Numbered from the stretch's first letter, positions 1-11,570 are shown. The stretch is 64,000 nucleotides of DNA from an uncultured Nitrospinota bacterium (GCA_963707985.1 CAVPRW010000015.1:125960-189959); one strand, 5' to 3'. The notes: generated from the sequence alone by a model not told the origin. Numbers and translations are program-made.

Positions 1-1125
1 GATTTCCCCGGTGATGTGCTCGTCTTGCACGCCGATGTGCCGTTGTTGTGCGCCGAAACGCTGCAGCGACTGGTGGACGTGCACCGCCGCTCTGGTGCGG
101 TGGCGACGCTGCTGACCGCGCAGATGGAGCAGCCAGGCCGCTTGGGACGGGTGGTTCGTGAGGCGAATGGGCAGGTGGCACGCATCGTCGAGGCGCTTGA
201 TGCCAGCGAGGCGGAACGTGCCATTCGCGAGATCAACACAGGCATCTATTGCTTCCAGGCGGGCTTTATCTACCCTGCCTTACATGACCTCACCTCCGAC
301 AACGTCAAAGGGGAATATTATCTAACCGACGTCATCGGCGCCGCTTGCCGGTCGGGACTCCAGGTCCAGGCGGTGCCATGTGACGATTGGCGTGAAGCCA
401 TCGGGGTGGATTCCAAAGCTGACCTAGCACGGGCTGAAGCGGTCCTCCGACAACAGGTAATCGAGCGCCTGATGGCAAGTGGCGTGACCATCATCGACCC
501 ATACACCACCTACGTGCATCCCGAGGTCCAGATCGGCTGCGATACGGTGCTGCACCCCAATACGCATATCCTCGGCCAGACGGTCATCGGCGAAGACTGT
601 GAGATCTGGCCCAATACCGTCATTCGCGACAGCACCCTGGAGGAAGGTGTAACCATCTTTCCTTCCTGTGTCATCACCAGTAGCACGATCGCTGCCGGCA
701 CGCAGGTGGGCCCCTTCGCCCATTTACGGCCGGAATCGGTGTTGGGCAAGCGGGTGCGGGTCGGCAATTTTGTTGAAGTGAAGAAATCCATCATTGGCGA
801 TGAGTCCAAGGCCGCACACCTGAGCTATATCGGCGATGTCGTCATGGGGAAGGACGTCAATGTGGGGGCGGGGTTCATCGCTTGTAACTATGACGGCGAG
901 AAGAAAACCGAGATTGTTATCGAGGACGGCGTGTTCATCGGCAGCGATAGCCAGATCATCGCGCCGTTACGAATCGGGCGTGGAGCGTACATCGCTACTG
1001 GCACCACGGTGCGCCAGGAGGTGCCCCCCGACGCGCTGGTCTTCAACACCAAGGACCAGGTGCATCGCGAGGGCTGGGCCTTAGGACGCAAGCCTAAAGC
1101 GCATGGCGCCAAAGACGAGTCGTAG
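1..1125 (+). CDS. glmU: Bifunctional UDP-GlcNAc pyrophosphorylase/glucosamine-1-P acetyltransferase, 5'-truncated by the window edge
   Basis: EINTGIYCF, GEYYLTD, GPFAHLRP, GNFVEVKKS, HLSYIGD, hexapeptide repeats; frame is open from base 1; directly upstream of glmS. Confidence 0.97.
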   Translation, partial: DFPGDVLVLHADVPLLCAETLQRLVDVHRRSGAVATLLTAQMEQPGRLGRVVREANGQVARIVEALDASEAERAIREINTGIYCFQAGFIYPALHDLTSDNVKGEYYLTDVIGAACRSGLQVQAVPCDDWREAIGVDSKADLARAEAVLRQQVIERLMASGVTIIDPYTTYVHPEVQIGCDTVLHPNTHILGQTVIGEDCEIWPNTVIRDSTLEEGVTIFPSCVITSSTIAAGTQVGPFAHLRPESVLGKRVRVGNFVEVKKSIIGDESKAAHLSYIGDVVMGKDVNVGAGFIACNYDGEKKTEIVIEDGVFIGSDSQIIAPLRIGRGAYIATGTTVRQEVPPDALVFNTKDQVHREGWALGRKPKAHGAKDES

Positions 1126-1184
1126 CTGTGCCTATGTGTTGTACCTGTGGGGACTCACCCACGTCTGGTGTGGAGGGACCAAGG

Positions 1185-3005
1185 ATGTGTGGAATTATCG
1201 GCTATATCGGCGGGGACAATGCGGTTCCGATTCTCATCGAGGGGCTGAAACGTTTGGAATATCGCGGCTATGATTCGGCGGGAATCGCCGTCATCCACGA
1301 GGCGCAATTAGCGATCCGTAAAGCCGTGGGCAAACTGAAGAACCTGGAGGAGGTCGTGGGGAATGATCCGCCCACAGGCACGATCGGAATCGGCCATACG
1401 CGCTGGGCGACCCATGGTCGCGTCACCGAACTCAACGCACATCCGCATGAAACCGCCGGATTTGTCCTCGTGCATAATGGCATCATCGAAAATTATCTCG
1501 CCCTGAAGGAGAAACTCAGCGCCGAGGGGCATGAGTTCCGCACCGAGACCGACACCGAGGTGATCGTGCATCTGATCGCCAAGTACTTCACCGGCAATCT
1601 CACGGCCGCCGTGCATATGGCCCTACAGGAGGTGGTGGGGGCTTATGCCATCGCTGTTTTGAGTACGGACGACCCCAATACCGTCGTCGGGGCGCGCTCC
1701 GGTTGCCCACTTGTGGTAGGTCTCGGCCAGGGGGCTTATTTCCTCGCCTCGGATGTACCTGCGGTGCTGAATCACACGCGGGAGGTCATCTTCCTGGACG
1801 ATGGCGAGGTGGCCACTTTGACGCGTGAAGGGGTGCGCGTCAGCAGTCTCGACGGCCAAATGGTGGCGAAGGACATTCGACATGTGACGTGGGATCCTAT
1901 CATGGCCGAGAAAGGGGGCTATAAGCATTTCATGCTGAAGGAGATCTTCGAACAGCCGCGGGCTGTGCTCGACACCTTCCGCGGCCGAGTGCTTCCCGAG
2001 ACGGGTGATGCCACGCTCGATCTCGGCAAGGCAGCACCCGCTCTGGCACAGGCGCGACGGGTCCTGCTCGTGGCCTGCGGGACCTCATGGCATGCCGCCC
2101 TCATCGGCAAGTATATGATCGAAGACATGGCCCGCCTCCCGGTTGAAGTCGATTATGGTTCGGAGTTCCGCTATCGCCAGCCGGTGCTCGATGAGCACAC
2201 GTTGTTCGTGGGCATCTCCCAGTCGGGCGAAACGGCGGATACCATCGCCGCTGCCCGCGAGGCGAAGCGCCATGGCGCCACAACGGTGACCATTAGCAAC
2301 GTCATGGATAGCACCCTGGCCCGTGAGTCGGATGGCGTCTTCTATACGCACGCCGGCCCGGAAATCGGGGTGGCCGCCAGCAAGACCTTCACCACTCAGC
2401 TGGTGTCCGTATATTTGTTGGGGCTGGCACTTGGGCGCCAACATGGCACCCTCTCCGAGGCGCGAGGCAAAAAGCTGGCGCAAGACCTCCTGCAGATGCC
2501 ACGCCTGATGGAAGGAGTGTTGGAGCAAGAAGAAACCATTGCGGAGTTGGCCAGAGAATTCGCGACCAAGCGGGACTTCCTGTTCCTGGGTCGTGGTCTG
2601 TCCTTCCCGATTGCCCTGGAGGGGGCGCTGAAGCTGAAGGAATTATCCTACATCCATGCTGAGGGCTATGCTGGGGGCGAGATGAAGCACGGCCCGATTG
2701 CGCTCATCGACCAGCAGATGCCGGTGGTCATCCTCGCACCCCGAAGTCGAGTGCATGACAAAATCGTCTCCAACCTTGAGGAAATCAAGGCACGGGACGG
2801 CATCATCATCGCCATTGGCACGGAGGGCGATCAGGACCTGAAACGGCATGCCCAGCACGTCCTGTACGTACCCGACGTCCCTGATTTGCTGCAGCCGTTG
2901 GTTCTGGTGTTACCTTTGCAACTGCTGGCCTACCACATCGCTGTGCGGCGTGGGTGCGATGTCGATCAACCACGCAATCTGGCCAAAAGCGTGACTGTCG
3001 AATGA
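1185..3005 (+). CDS. glmS: Glutamine-fructose-6-phosphate aminotransferase
   Basis: Starts MCGIIG (catalytic Cys); GHTRWATHG, SQSGETAD, C-terminal DQPRNLAKSVTVE. Confidence 0.98.
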   Translation: MCGIIGYIGGDNAVPILIEGLKRLEYRGYDSAGIAVIHEAQLAIRKAVGKLKNLEEVVGNDPPTGTIGIGHTRWATHGRVTELNAHPHETAGFVLVHNGIIENYLALKEKLSAEGHEFRTETDTEVIVHLIAKYFTGNLTAAVHMALQEVVGAYAIAVLSTDDPNTVVGARSGCPLVVGLGQGAYFLASDVPAVLNHTREVIFLDDGEVATLTREGVRVSSLDGQMVAKDIRHVTWDPIMAEKGGYKHFMLKEIFEQPRAVLDTFRGRVLPETGDATLDLGKAAPALAQARRVLLVACGTSWHAALIGKYMIEDMARLPVEVDYGSEFRYRQPVLDEHTLFVGISQSGETADTIAAAREAKRHGATTVTISNVMDSTLARESDGVFYTHAGPEIGVAASKTFTTQLVSVYLLGLALGRQHGTLSEARGKKLAQDLLQMPRLMEGVLEQEETIAELAREFATKRDFLFLGRGLSFPIALEGALKLKELSYIHAEGYAGGEMKHGPIALIDQQMPVVILAPRSRVHDKIVSNLEEIKARDGIIIAIGTEGDQDLKRHAQHVLYVPDVPDLLQPLVLVLPLQLLAYHIAVRRGCDVDQPRNLAKSVTVE

Positions 3006-5305
3006 GCCCGCATCCGGCGTCCGGCGACTCCCCCACGGCCGTGGGGGATGTATTAGTAGGACTCAATCCCTCACAGCACCAAGCCGTGTTACATGCCGAT
3101 GGTCCCCTGCTGATCCTGGCGGGGGCCGGCTCCGGCAAAACCCGTGTCATTACTCACCGGATCGCGAACCTTATTGGTACGCACGGTGTTGCACCATGGC
3201 AGATCCTGGCCCTCACCTTCACCAACAAGGCGGCTGAGGAGATGCGCCGCCGCGTCGAGAAGCTCCTCGGGGCTTCCAGTCAGGACATTTGGGTGAGCAC
3301 CTTTCACGCCGCCTGCGCTCGCCTGTTGCGGCGTGATATCGAGCATCTCGGGAGCCACACGCGGAGTTTCGTGATCCTCGACGCGGCCGATCAGTCTGCC
3401 CTCATCAAAGAGTGTCTACGCGCGCTGAACATCAGCCCTGATCGGTACGCCCCCCAGGCTATCGCCGGGCGCATCAGTCGGTTGAAGAATCAACTGACCA
3501 CGGCAGAGCAATTTGCCCAGCGCAGTGGGCAAGATTTTGGCTTTGACGAGGCCGTGCGTCGGGTGTATCAGCTCTACCAAAAAAAGCTCGTGGAGCAGAA
3601 TGGTCTGGATTTCGATGATCTGCTCATGCACACGGGGCAGCTCTTTGAGGAGGTTCCGGAAGTTCTGCGCTATTATCAGCAGAAATTTCGCTATATTCTG
3701 GTCGATGAGTACCAGGATACCAATCATGCCCAGTATCGCATCATTCGCCTGTTGGCCGATGAACACCGTAATCTCTGCGTGGTTGGCGACGACGACCAAT
3801 CGATCTATGCCTGGAGGGGAGCGGACATCAGCAACATCCTCTCCTTCGAACGCGATTATCCCGAGTGCGCAGTGGTTAAGCTGGAGGAAAATTATCGTTC
3901 GACCAAGAGCATTCTCGAAGCCGCTGGCAAGGTCATCGATAAGAACACGGAACGCAAAGGCAAGAGCCTGTGGACGCAGCGCGAGGCCGGCGAAAAATTG
4001 ACGTACATCGAGGCGGTCGATGAAACGCAGGAAGCAGCGCTGATCTGTCAAATGATCGGCCGCCTACGTCTATCAGCGGGCTGGGATTATCGCGATGTGG
4101 CTATTTTCTATCGCACGAACGCCCAATCGCGTGCCATCGAAGACGCACTGCGCATGGCGAACATCCCCTACCAGATCGTCGGCGGGCTGAAATTTTACGA
4201 CCGCAAGGAAGTCAAGGACCTCCTCGCTTATCTGCGCTTGCTGGCTAACCCGCGGGACTCGGTGAGCCTACGGCGCGTCATCAACGTTCCACCACGTGGG
4301 ATCGGCAAGGTGACCGTCGATAAAATTGCTGCGCACGCAGAGATGCGTGGTATCCCGCTGTACGACGCTGTGGGAGAGGCGCTGGCGACAGGGCTCTTAA
4401 GCGGGGCCGCAGCCGGCAAAGTACAACAATTTTTCGTCTTGGCGGAAGAGTTGCGCGGACTGGCGGCCACCTCGTCCGTTGCCGAGCTCATTCGTGAGCT
4501 GATTCGACGCACCAACTTCCTCGAACAGTACGGCACCGCAGGCGAGGATGAAATGCGCAGGCAAAACATCCAGGAAGTCATCACCGCTGCGGACGATTTC
4601 GAAGGACGCGCCCAAGACACGTCATTGGTGAGCTTCCTTGACCAGACGGCCCTCATGGCCGATCAGGACACGCTCAGCGATGATGCGGGTCGAGTAGTGC
4701 TGATGACCCTCCACACTTCCAAGGGCCTGGAATTTCCGGTGGTCTTCGTCTCTGGCATGGAAGATGGCATTTTCCCGCACCGGCGGGCCTTCGAAGACAC
4801 GTCGGAGCTGGAGGAAGAGCGCCGGTTGTGCTACGTTGGCATGACGCGCGCCAAAGACCGGCTGTTTCTCACCAGCGCCGTCAGGCGCCGGATCTATGGC
4901 ACCGAGTTGTACAATCCGCCATCGATGTTTCTACAAGACATTCCGCCAGCACTGCTTAATGCAGAGCGGGCTATACGACAAGGAGCGAGCGGGCGGCAAG
5001 GGCGGATGACCTGGGGTCATGGCGAGCGCGACGAGGAGGATCGAGCAGCATCGGGGACACGCCCGTCTACGGCTGTTGCCGCGGGTACCAGCGATCTGTC
5101 CCGCGACGGCAAGCCCAATACGCGCCAGCTCTGGGGCGGCGAGTATCGACCCGGCACCCTCGTGCGCCATCCGGAGTGGGGCCTGGGGGTGGTCCAGAAG
5201 CAGGAGGGCGAGGGGGACGGTCTCAAGCTGACGATCATCTTCCGCAATATGGGCCGCAAAGTGGTGGCAGCTAAGTATGCCAAACTGGAGAAGGTGTCCT
5301 CATGA
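3002..5305 (+). CDS. pcrA: ATP-dependent DNA helicase PcrA/UvrD
   Basis: AGAGSGKT, TFTNKAA, VDEYQD, VGDDDQSIY, EERRLCYVGMTRA; ATGA overlap with glmS stop. Confidence 0.95.
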   Translation: MSPHPASGDSPTAVGDVLVGLNPSQHQAVLHADGPLLILAGAGSGKTRVITHRIANLIGTHGVAPWQILALTFTNKAAEEMRRRVEKLLGASSQDIWVSTFHAACARLLRRDIEHLGSHTRSFVILDAADQSALIKECLRALNISPDRYAPQAIAGRISRLKNQLTTAEQFAQRSGQDFGFDEAVRRVYQLYQKKLVEQNGLDFDDLLMHTGQLFEEVPEVLRYYQQKFRYILVDEYQDTNHAQYRIIRLLADEHRNLCVVGDDDQSIYAWRGADISNILSFERDYPECAVVKLEENYRSTKSILEAAGKVIDKNTERKGKSLWTQREAGEKLTYIEAVDETQEAALICQMIGRLRLSAGWDYRDVAIFYRTNAQSRAIEDALRMANIPYQIVGGLKFYDRKEVKDLLAYLRLLANPRDSVSLRRVINVPPRGIGKVTVDKIAAHAEMRGIPLYDAVGEALATGLLSGAAAGKVQQFFVLAEELRGLAATSSVAELIRELIRRTNFLEQYGTAGEDEMRRQNIQEVITAADDFEGRAQDTSLVSFLDQTALMADQDTLSDDAGRVVLMTLHTSKGLEFPVVFVSGMEDGIFPHRRAFEDTSELEEERRLCYVGMTRAKDRLFLTSAVRRRIYGTELYNPPSMFLQDIPPALLNAERAIRQGASGRQGRMTWGHGERDEEDRAASGTRPSTAVAAGTSDLSRDGKPNTRQLWGGEYRPGTLVRHPEWGLGVVQKQEGEGDGLKLTIIFRNMGRKVVAAKYAKLEKVSS

Positions 5306-5589
5306 TCACTCGTGACGATGTCGAGCATGTCGCCGAGTTGGCACGGCTCGAATTGACCGCTGTGGAGAAAGAGCAATTCATCGCTCAGCTCAACAATATC
5401 CTCACCTACTTCGAGAAGCTCACTGAGCTGGATACGACTGATGTCGAGCCGACCTCACAGGTGATTCCAATGTCGAATGTCTTTCGCGACGATGCCGTAC
5501 AGCCCTCTTTGGACCGCACCAAGGTGCTACAGAACGCCCCGGAAGAATCGCATTTCTTCTTCAAAGTACCACGCATTATTGAAGAATAG
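5302..5589 (+). CDS. gatC: Asp/Glu-tRNA amidotransferase subunit C
   Basis: [16 protein letters not shown]...FFKVPRII; precedes gatA. Confidence 0.96.
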   Translation: MITRDDVEHVAELARLELTAVEKEQFIAQLNNILTYFEKLTELDTTDVEPTSQVIPMSNVFRDDAVQPSLDRTKVLQNAPEESHFFFKVPRIIEE

Positions 5590-5597
5590 CCACGATC

Positions 5598-7055
5598 ATG
5601 GACCTCTTTGCCCATACCATGCACGAGTTACAGGCTCTCCTGGCCAGCCGCGATATCAGTGCCCGTGACCTTACCGAGGCATTTTACCGCCGCATCGCAG
5701 TGCTCGACGAGCGCGTCCACGCCTACGTGACCCTCACGCCCGAGCAAGCTCTTGAGCAGGCCAATCGCGCTGATCAGCGACGCCAGCGGGGGGAGTCCGG
5801 CCCCCTGCTCGGTATCCCTCTAGCAATCAAAGATGTGATCTGCACCGAGGGGATCCTCACCACCTGTGGCTCCAAGACGCTTCGTAACTTCGTGCCGCCC
5901 TATGATGCCACGGTGATCGAGCGCCTCAAGCAGGCCGGGGTGGTCGTGCTCGGCAAGACCAACATGGATGAGTTCGCTATGGGCTCGTCCACAGAGCATT
6001 CAGCCTCTGGCATCACCCATAACCCCTGGGATTTGAGCGCTATTCCCGGCGGTTCGAGCGGGGGATCGGCGGCGGCCGTAGCGGCTGATGAGTGTGCCGG
6101 GGCGCTGGGCAGCGACACCGGGGGCTCGGTGCGTCAGCCTGCCGCGTGCTGCGGCATCGTTGGTTTGAAACCGACCTATGGGCGGGTTTCCCGTTATGGA
6201 CTGGTGGCCTTCGCTTCATCGTTGGACCAGATTGGCCCGATGACCAAAGATGTGTGGGATGCGGCGCTCATCATGAACGTCATCGGCGGTCATGACCCCC
6301 GGGATTCGACCTCAGCCGATATTCCCTTGCCCGATTTCACCCGGGCACTCACCGGTAACGCACAAGGTTTACGCCTTGGGATTCCACGCGAATATTTTGT
6401 TGGAGGGATCGACAGCGAGGTTGAGCAAGCTGTGCGTGCGGCGGTCCAGGTACTTGAGGGAGTCGGCGCCAGGACCACAGAAGTGACACTGCCCCACAGC
6501 GAATACGGGGTGGCCGCCTACTATATTTTAGCCCCCTCGGAAGCCAGCTCGAACCTGGCGCGCTATGATGGCATCAAGTACGGTTACCGTACGCCGCAAT
6601 GGTCGAATTTGCGCGACATGTACATGCGCACGCGGGACGAGGGCTTTGGCGCTGAGGTCAAACGCCGTATTATGCTGGGTACGTATGCCCTCAGCGCCGG
6701 CTATTATGAGGCCTATTATCGGAAGGCGCAGCAGGTCCGAACGCTGATCCTGCGGGACTTCGAGGCAGCTTTTCGACAGGTTGACGTCATCGTCGCCCCG
6801 ACCACACCGACACCGGCCTTCAAGATCGGAGAAAAGACCGACGACCCCCTACAGATGTATCTCTCCGATGTCTTCACCGTCCCGGTCAACCTCGCGGGGA
6901 TCCCGGCGATCTCCATTCCGTGCGGGTTCAATTCGGCGGGGCTGCCGATTGGTCTACAGATCATTGGCAAGCCATTCGATGAAGAGACCGTCCTCCGCGT
7001 TGCCCATGCTTTTGAGCAACACACTGATTATCATCGACGCAAACCACCGCTATAG
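5598..7055 (+). CDS. gatA: Asp/Glu-tRNA amidotransferase subunit A
   Basis: [37 protein letters not shown] amidase signature. Confidence 0.97.
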   Translation: MDLFAHTMHELQALLASRDISARDLTEAFYRRIAVLDERVHAYVTLTPEQALEQANRADQRRQRGESGPLLGIPLAIKDVICTEGILTTCGSKTLRNFVPPYDATVIERLKQAGVVVLGKTNMDEFAMGSSTEHSASGITHNPWDLSAIPGGSSGGSAAAVAADECAGALGSDTGGSVRQPAACCGIVGLKPTYGRVSRYGLVAFASSLDQIGPMTKDVWDAALIMNVIGGHDPRDSTSADIPLPDFTRALTGNAQGLRLGIPREYFVGGIDSEVEQAVRAAVQVLEGVGARTTEVTLPHSEYGVAAYYILAPSEASSNLARYDGIKYGYRTPQWSNLRDMYMRTRDEGFGAEVKRRIMLGTYALSAGYYEAYYRKAQQVRTLILRDFEAAFRQVDVIVAPTTPTPAFKIGEKTDDPLQMYLSDVFTVPVNLAGIPAISIPCGFNSAGLPIGLQIIGKPFDEETVLRVAHAFEQHTDYHRRKPPL

Positions 7056-7067
7056 AGGGGAAGAGCC

Positions 7068-8516
7068 ATGGATTACGAGGTCGTGATCGGGCTCGAGGTG
7101 CACGCCCAGCTCTCGACGCACTCGAAGATCTTTTGCGGCTGCAGCACGACATTTGGGGCACCACCCAATACGCAAACCTGCCCGGTCTGCCTGGGGATGC
7201 CCGGTGTGCTGCCGGTGCTCAACCGACGCGTGATAGAATTCGCCATCAAGACGGCACTGGCGTGCCATGGCGAGGTGGCACCACGTTGCCGATTTGCCCG
7301 CAAGAATTATTTCTACCCCGATATGCCGAAGAACTATCAGATCTCCCAGTATGACGAGCCGCTTGTCGTGGGGGGACACATCGAGATTCCCACGCCGGAA
7401 GGGATGAAACAGGTCAGACTGGTGCGCATCCATCTCGAAGAGGATGTTGGTAAGTCTATCCATGGGGAAAACCTCGACGACCCACGCGCCAGTTATGTGG
7501 ACTTCAATCGCTCTGGCGTGCCGTTGATGGAAATCGTCAGCGAGCCCGACCTGTCATCACCCGACGAAGCTAAGCTCTACCTGCAGTGCGTGCGAACAAT
7601 CGTGCAATACCTGGAGGTGTGCGACGGCAACATGGAGGAAGGCAGCTTCCGCTGTGACGCCAATGTGTCGCTGCGGCCGATAGGCGCCCGCGAATACGGC
7701 ACCAAAGTTGAGATCAAGAACCTCAACTCTTTCCGCAACGTCCAGCGTGCCCTGGAATATGAAGTCGTCCGGCAGACGAAAGCGTTGGACGCCGGGGAGA
7801 AACTGGTCCAGGAAACGCGCCTGTGGGATGCCACTCGCGGCGTCACCCGCTCTATGCGCAGCAAAGAATTTGCGCATGATTATCGCTACTTCCCTGAGCC
7901 CGACCTGGTTCCACTGGTGACGACCCGCGAATGGGTTGAGGCGATTCGGTGCACGCTACCGGAGCTGCCTGACGCTCGCATGCAACGCTTTGTCTCCGAA
8001 TATGGCATCCCAGCCTATGATGCCGGGGTGTTGACCAGTTCCAAAGCGTTAGCCGATTATTACGAGGCCTGCATCAAGCGCTATCCGAAGCCGAAGGTGG
8101 TGAGTAACTGGATGATGGTGGAACTGTTGCGTGCCCTCAATCGGGATGGTATCGAGGTCGAGCAGGCTCGTATCGCCCCCGAGAACCTTGCTGAGTTGCT
8201 TGCGTTGGTCGACGACGGCACCATCAGCGGCAGCATGGGGAAGACCGTGTTCGACACCATGTATGAAACCGGTAAGGCTGCCGCCGAAATCGTCCAAGAA
8301 AGAGGACTGCGACAGATCAGCGACGAAAACGCCCTGGTGACTGCCATTGAGCAGGTACTCGCCGACAACCCCAAGGAGGTCGGCGAGTTCCGGGCTGGTA
8401 GAGAAAAACTGCTGAGCTTTTTCATGGGCCAGGTCATGAAGGCGACGCAGGGCAAAGCCAATCCGCAAGCGGTGAACAAGCTGCTACGCGAGAAGCTAGC
8501 GAGAACGGAAGCCTGA
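7068..8516 (+). CDS. gatB: Asp/Glu-tRNA amidotransferase subunit B
   Basis: [41 protein letters not shown]. Confidence 0.97.
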   Translation: MDYEVVIGLEVHAQLSTHSKIFCGCSTTFGAPPNTQTCPVCLGMPGVLPVLNRRVIEFAIKTALACHGEVAPRCRFARKNYFYPDMPKNYQISQYDEPLVVGGHIEIPTPEGMKQVRLVRIHLEEDVGKSIHGENLDDPRASYVDFNRSGVPLMEIVSEPDLSSPDEAKLYLQCVRTIVQYLEVCDGNMEEGSFRCDANVSLRPIGAREYGTKVEIKNLNSFRNVQRALEYEVVRQTKALDAGEKLVQETRLWDATRGVTRSMRSKEFAHDYRYFPEPDLVPLVTTREWVEAIRCTLPELPDARMQRFVSEYGIPAYDAGVLTSSKALADYYEACIKRYPKPKVVSNWMMVELLRALNRDGIEVEQARIAPENLAELLALVDDGTISGSMGKTVFDTMYETGKAAAEIVQERGLRQISDENALVTAIEQVLADNPKEVGEFRAGREKLLSFFMGQVMKATQGKANPQAVNKLLREKLARTEA

Positions 8517-8622
8517 GAACCTGGAGCCAGATTGCTCGCGCCTGAGCTAACGAGACATGCTCCATCGCTCTGCCGTTCCCTTGTACCCTCGTCGCCGCAT
8601 GGGTGGATATCGCTTCCCCCTC

Positions 8623-9471
8623 TTACCGCCCCTTGAACGTCGGCTTGCGTTTTTCTAGGAAGGCCTGCCTGGCTTCCTGCGCGTCTGCCGATCCGTTCAG
8701 AATCCCACCGGCGTTGGAGGTCATCACCATCGTCGTTTCCATGGAGCTATCCAAAGCCGCACGCATGATGCGTTTGCTAATCCACTGCACCATGGGAGGT
8801 GTCCGCATGATGCGGTCACACAGCGCCCGTGTCGTCTCCTCGAGCTTGTCGGCGGGGACCAGATAGTTCAGCAAGCCCCACTCGAAAGCACGCTCAGCGT
8901 CCAGGTGGCCGGTATAGGCAAATTCCAGGGCCCGCCCCAGCCCAACCATCTTCGGAAGATAGTAGCAGCCGCCATTTTCCGGGATCTGTCCTAATTGCTG
9001 ATAACCGATGAAACGCGTATGCTCACAGCCCAGGCGGATATCGCAATGCAGCGCCATATCCATACCCGACCCGACGGCAGCGCCGTTGATCATCGCGATG
9101 GTGGGTTTGCGGATCAGCGAGATATCGCGATGCAGCTTGGTGAAGCCATGGAAGAAGTGCTCTCGGGCCGCGTCTGGCCCATCAGTGGTGCCCCGGTCAC
9201 CGGAAAATCGCTCACCTTTGGTAGCGTCGGCGATGTCACGCTTCATGTCCGCACCGGAGCAGAAACCTCGACCGACGCCGGTCAGGACGATCACCCGCAC
9301 ATTGGGGTCATCATCCCCAGCCCGCATGTATTCGCCCACCTTGGCTACCGTGCCGTTCTCTTCCGCCGAGCCAATCAGCGCATTCATGCGCTCCGGACGA
9401 TTAAACTTGACCCATAGAATGCCCGTGTCCTCTGGTTCGTAGAGCAGATAATCGACAAGTCCCGGTTCCAT
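8623..9471 (-). CDS. Enoyl-CoA hydratase/isomerase family protein
   Basis: NRPERMNA, GFCSGAD, KPTIAMINGAAVGSG, AFLEKRKPTFKGR. Confidence 0.9.
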   Translation of the reverse strand: MEPGLVDYLLYEPEDTGILWVKFNRPERMNALIGSAEENGTVAKVGEYMRAGDDDPNVRVIVLTGVGRGFCSGADMKRDIADATKGERFSGDRGTTDGPDAAREHFFHGFTKLHRDISLIRKPTIAMINGAAVGSGMDMALHCDIRLGCEHTRFIGYQQLGQIPENGGCYYLPKMVGLGRALEFAYTGHLDAERAFEWGLLNYLVPADKLEETTRALCDRIMRTPPMVQWISKRIMRAALDSSMETTMVMTSNAGGILNGSADAQEARQAFLEKRKPTFKGR

Positions 9472-9668
9472 GCTATGCCTCCGTGCATTGATGATGTCTT
9501 AGCGGGTATCAAAGGAGCCCCTGACGTCTCCTCTTCCCCCCTTCACGAAAGGGGGAGTTAGGACCGTTTGGAAACGCTTGTAGAACCGCAAAAGCATGTT
9601 GACCATGGCAACGGAATGGGTGCTCAGCATGCAGAAGTACTAACCAATTGTCAAGCTGCCTCGGCATC

Positions 9669-10418
9669 TTAATATAAATATGCTCCGCCGTTGACGTGCA
9701 TGGTCTGGCCGGTGATGTGGCTGGCCCCCTCGGACGCTAAAAACACCGCCAGACTGGCGATATCATCCGGCACAGCCATTCGCCCCAGGGGCACCTGGCG
9801 CCCAGCTGCCTGCAGCTCTTCTTCGGACATGCCATAGCGCGGCTGTGCGGTATCGGTGGTCCCCGGTGCGATAGCATTAACGCGGATGCGGTAACGGGCT
9901 AGCTCCAGCGCTGTGGCGCGTGTGAAGCCAACGATGCCAGCCTTACTGGAGACGTAATGCACCCCCCGCGGCGAGCTCCGGAACGCCGCACTAGACGCCA
10001 GATTGACGACAGCTCCTGGCCTACCTTGTTCCACCAGCTGGCGTGTCACTGTCTGGGTGCAAAAGAAGGTGCCTTTCAGGTTAACGTTCAGCACCTCATC
10101 CCATTGGGCTTCAGTCATCTGCAAAAAGTCGACTCTCGGGAAGATGCCGGCATTGTTCACCAGAACGTCGATGCCTCCGAAGGCCTTCCCCGCCTCGACC
10201 ATGGTACGGATGTCCCCCACCCGTGCGACGCTCCCCGCTACGGCCACCGCGCGCCCGCCGGCTTCACAAATCTTCTGCGCAATGGTCTCACCGGCCCCCT
10301 GATCGTCCAGGTAATTGACCACCACGTTTGCGCCTTCACGTCCAAAGGCGAGGGCTATTGCCTTGCCGATTCCTTGTTGCGCGCCGGTCACCAGCGCCAC
10401 TCTGCCTGATAACTGCAT
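9669..10418 (-). CDS. SDR family oxidoreductase (FabG-like)
   Basis: TGAQQGIG, NNAG, YVSSK, VNAIAPG; start set at MQLSGRV after AGGAGG. Confidence 0.92.
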   Translation of the reverse strand: MQLSGRVALVTGAQQGIGKAIALAFGREGANVVVNYLDDQGAGETIAQKICEAGGRAVAVAGSVARVGDIRTMVEAGKAFGGIDVLVNNAGIFPRVDFLQMTEAQWDEVLNVNLKGTFFCTQTVTRQLVEQGRPGAVVNLASSAAFRSSPRGVHYVSSKAGIVGFTRATALELARYRIRVNAIAPGTTDTAQPRYGMSEEELQAAGRQVPLGRMAVPDDIASLAVFLASEGASHITGQTMHVNGGAYLY

Positions 10419-10514
10419 CGCGGTCCTCCTTGACCGATTCCCCCGATCCCATCGAACACTCCCAGCTGTGTACCGAGAACTTTGGCTACCATACCACCCT
10501 CCTAAAGCCGCGCT

Positions 10515-10825
10515 CTGCATCGGAACGTCACCTCACTTGGGAAGGTGGAACGAGCGAAGAAGCCTGAACGCCTCCCAGTGGTATGCTCCCGTGCAGAAGT
10601 CCGTGCCGTCCGCTGGCAAAGGTCGACGTCCTGCACGAAGAGGACCTGACAGAAGGGTTTCGCGGGGTGTAGCTGTCGTTTGCGCTTGCACGGAAGTATA
10701 TTGCTGCCAGCCGTGCGTGGGGTTGGCAGTACGTCGTTTCCGGCTGCAGGCGCTCCATTGACCCGCGTAGCGTTACAGAACGTCGGCATCACATCGATGA
10801 GAAGACGCTTCAGCAGCCGATGAAC
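10515..10825 (+). pseudogene. Decayed internal fragment of integron integrase
   Basis: Aligns by eye to intI ~15110-15205 and ~15405-15615 (CACTTGGGAAGGTGGAACGAGCGAAGAAGCCTGAACGCCTCCCAGTGGT; CGTCGGCATCACATCGATGAGAAGACGCTTCAG) with an internal deletion. Confidence 0.9.
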
Positions 10826-10878
10826 GCCAGGCGTCAGGCGCGGCTGGAAGCCGTCGCCTGACGCCTGGCGTTCATCGG
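10817..10878 (-). repeat. Near-perfect attC-like palindrome
   Basis: CCGATGAACGCCAGGCGTCAGGCG...CGCCTGACGCCTGGCGTTCATCGG with AAC/GTT triplets and one bulged base. Confidence 0.65.
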
Positions 10879-11086
10879 GTTGCGCCGCCCCGCAGCCATG
10901 CAACCGCAGGGCGTTCAAAGGCTGACCGATTTAGCACCCCCTGCCTCTTTTGCGTTGCTTTGGAAAGCGAGGGGTACTGCCCGGTGCCACCGCAGAATGC
11001 CAGACCGAGCTCACGCCCTTCTGGCTCCACCGGGGCTTGGCGGCTCCCGCCGACTCGCAGGCTGAACGCCTCCTGCCTGGGATGGG

Positions 11087-11497
11087 TTAGGGCAACTGCC
11101 ATTCACCCTTCAGTATGCCACGACCCTCGGAGGACGAACCGATGATGGTGGCCTGGAAGGTATTGTTGCCCTTCAGGCCGGTATACTGTCCTGTCCCCCC
11201 TGTCCATTGGTAATCGCCATTGAAGCCCGTCGCAGGGTCTATTTTCCCCTTCCACACCAGAAACGCTTTGTCGTTGTTCTTGTCGGTCACGACAACATAG
11301 CCATGGGCGTCGCCCTTGCCATTGATGAGGTCGGTCACCCCAAAAGAGGCCCACGACGATTCATGGAGGAACCCCTCCCCAGCGTCATTGAAGAACGTCC
11401 CTTTATACACATCCTGCGTGAATACATGGCCTTCTTCCACCTCATGGACCGTTGAGGACAACGTCCATCCGTACAAACCAGAGTACGTCCCTTGCAT
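11087..11497 (-). CDS. Hypothetical beta-rich protein, integron cassette 4
   Basis: AGGAGG RBS; follows the R' box GTTAGAC of attC 11571-11652; contains WTGGTGQYTGLKG. Confidence 0.75.
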   Translation of the reverse strand: MQGTYSGLYGWTLSSTVHEVEEGHVFTQDVYKGTFFNDAGEGFLHESSWASFGVTDLINGKGDAHGYVVVTDKNNDKAFLVWKGKIDPATGFNGDYQWTGGTGQYTGLKGNNTFQATIIGSSSEGRGILKGEWQLP

Positions 11498-11570
11498 TGT
11501 TCTTCCTCCTGCATTTAGGTTGTTGGAAAGACCACACCACTGTGGGCGACCGACAAAACGTCGCCTATCT

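Noticed and set aside
1126..1184. glmS ribozyme upstream of glmS
   Set aside because: The intergenic gap is only 59 bp and shows no recognisable ribozyme core.
10880..11090. Additional attC after the 136-aa cassette gene
   Set aside because: CCCTAAC at the stop codon is suggestive, but no matching arms or R' box could be paired.
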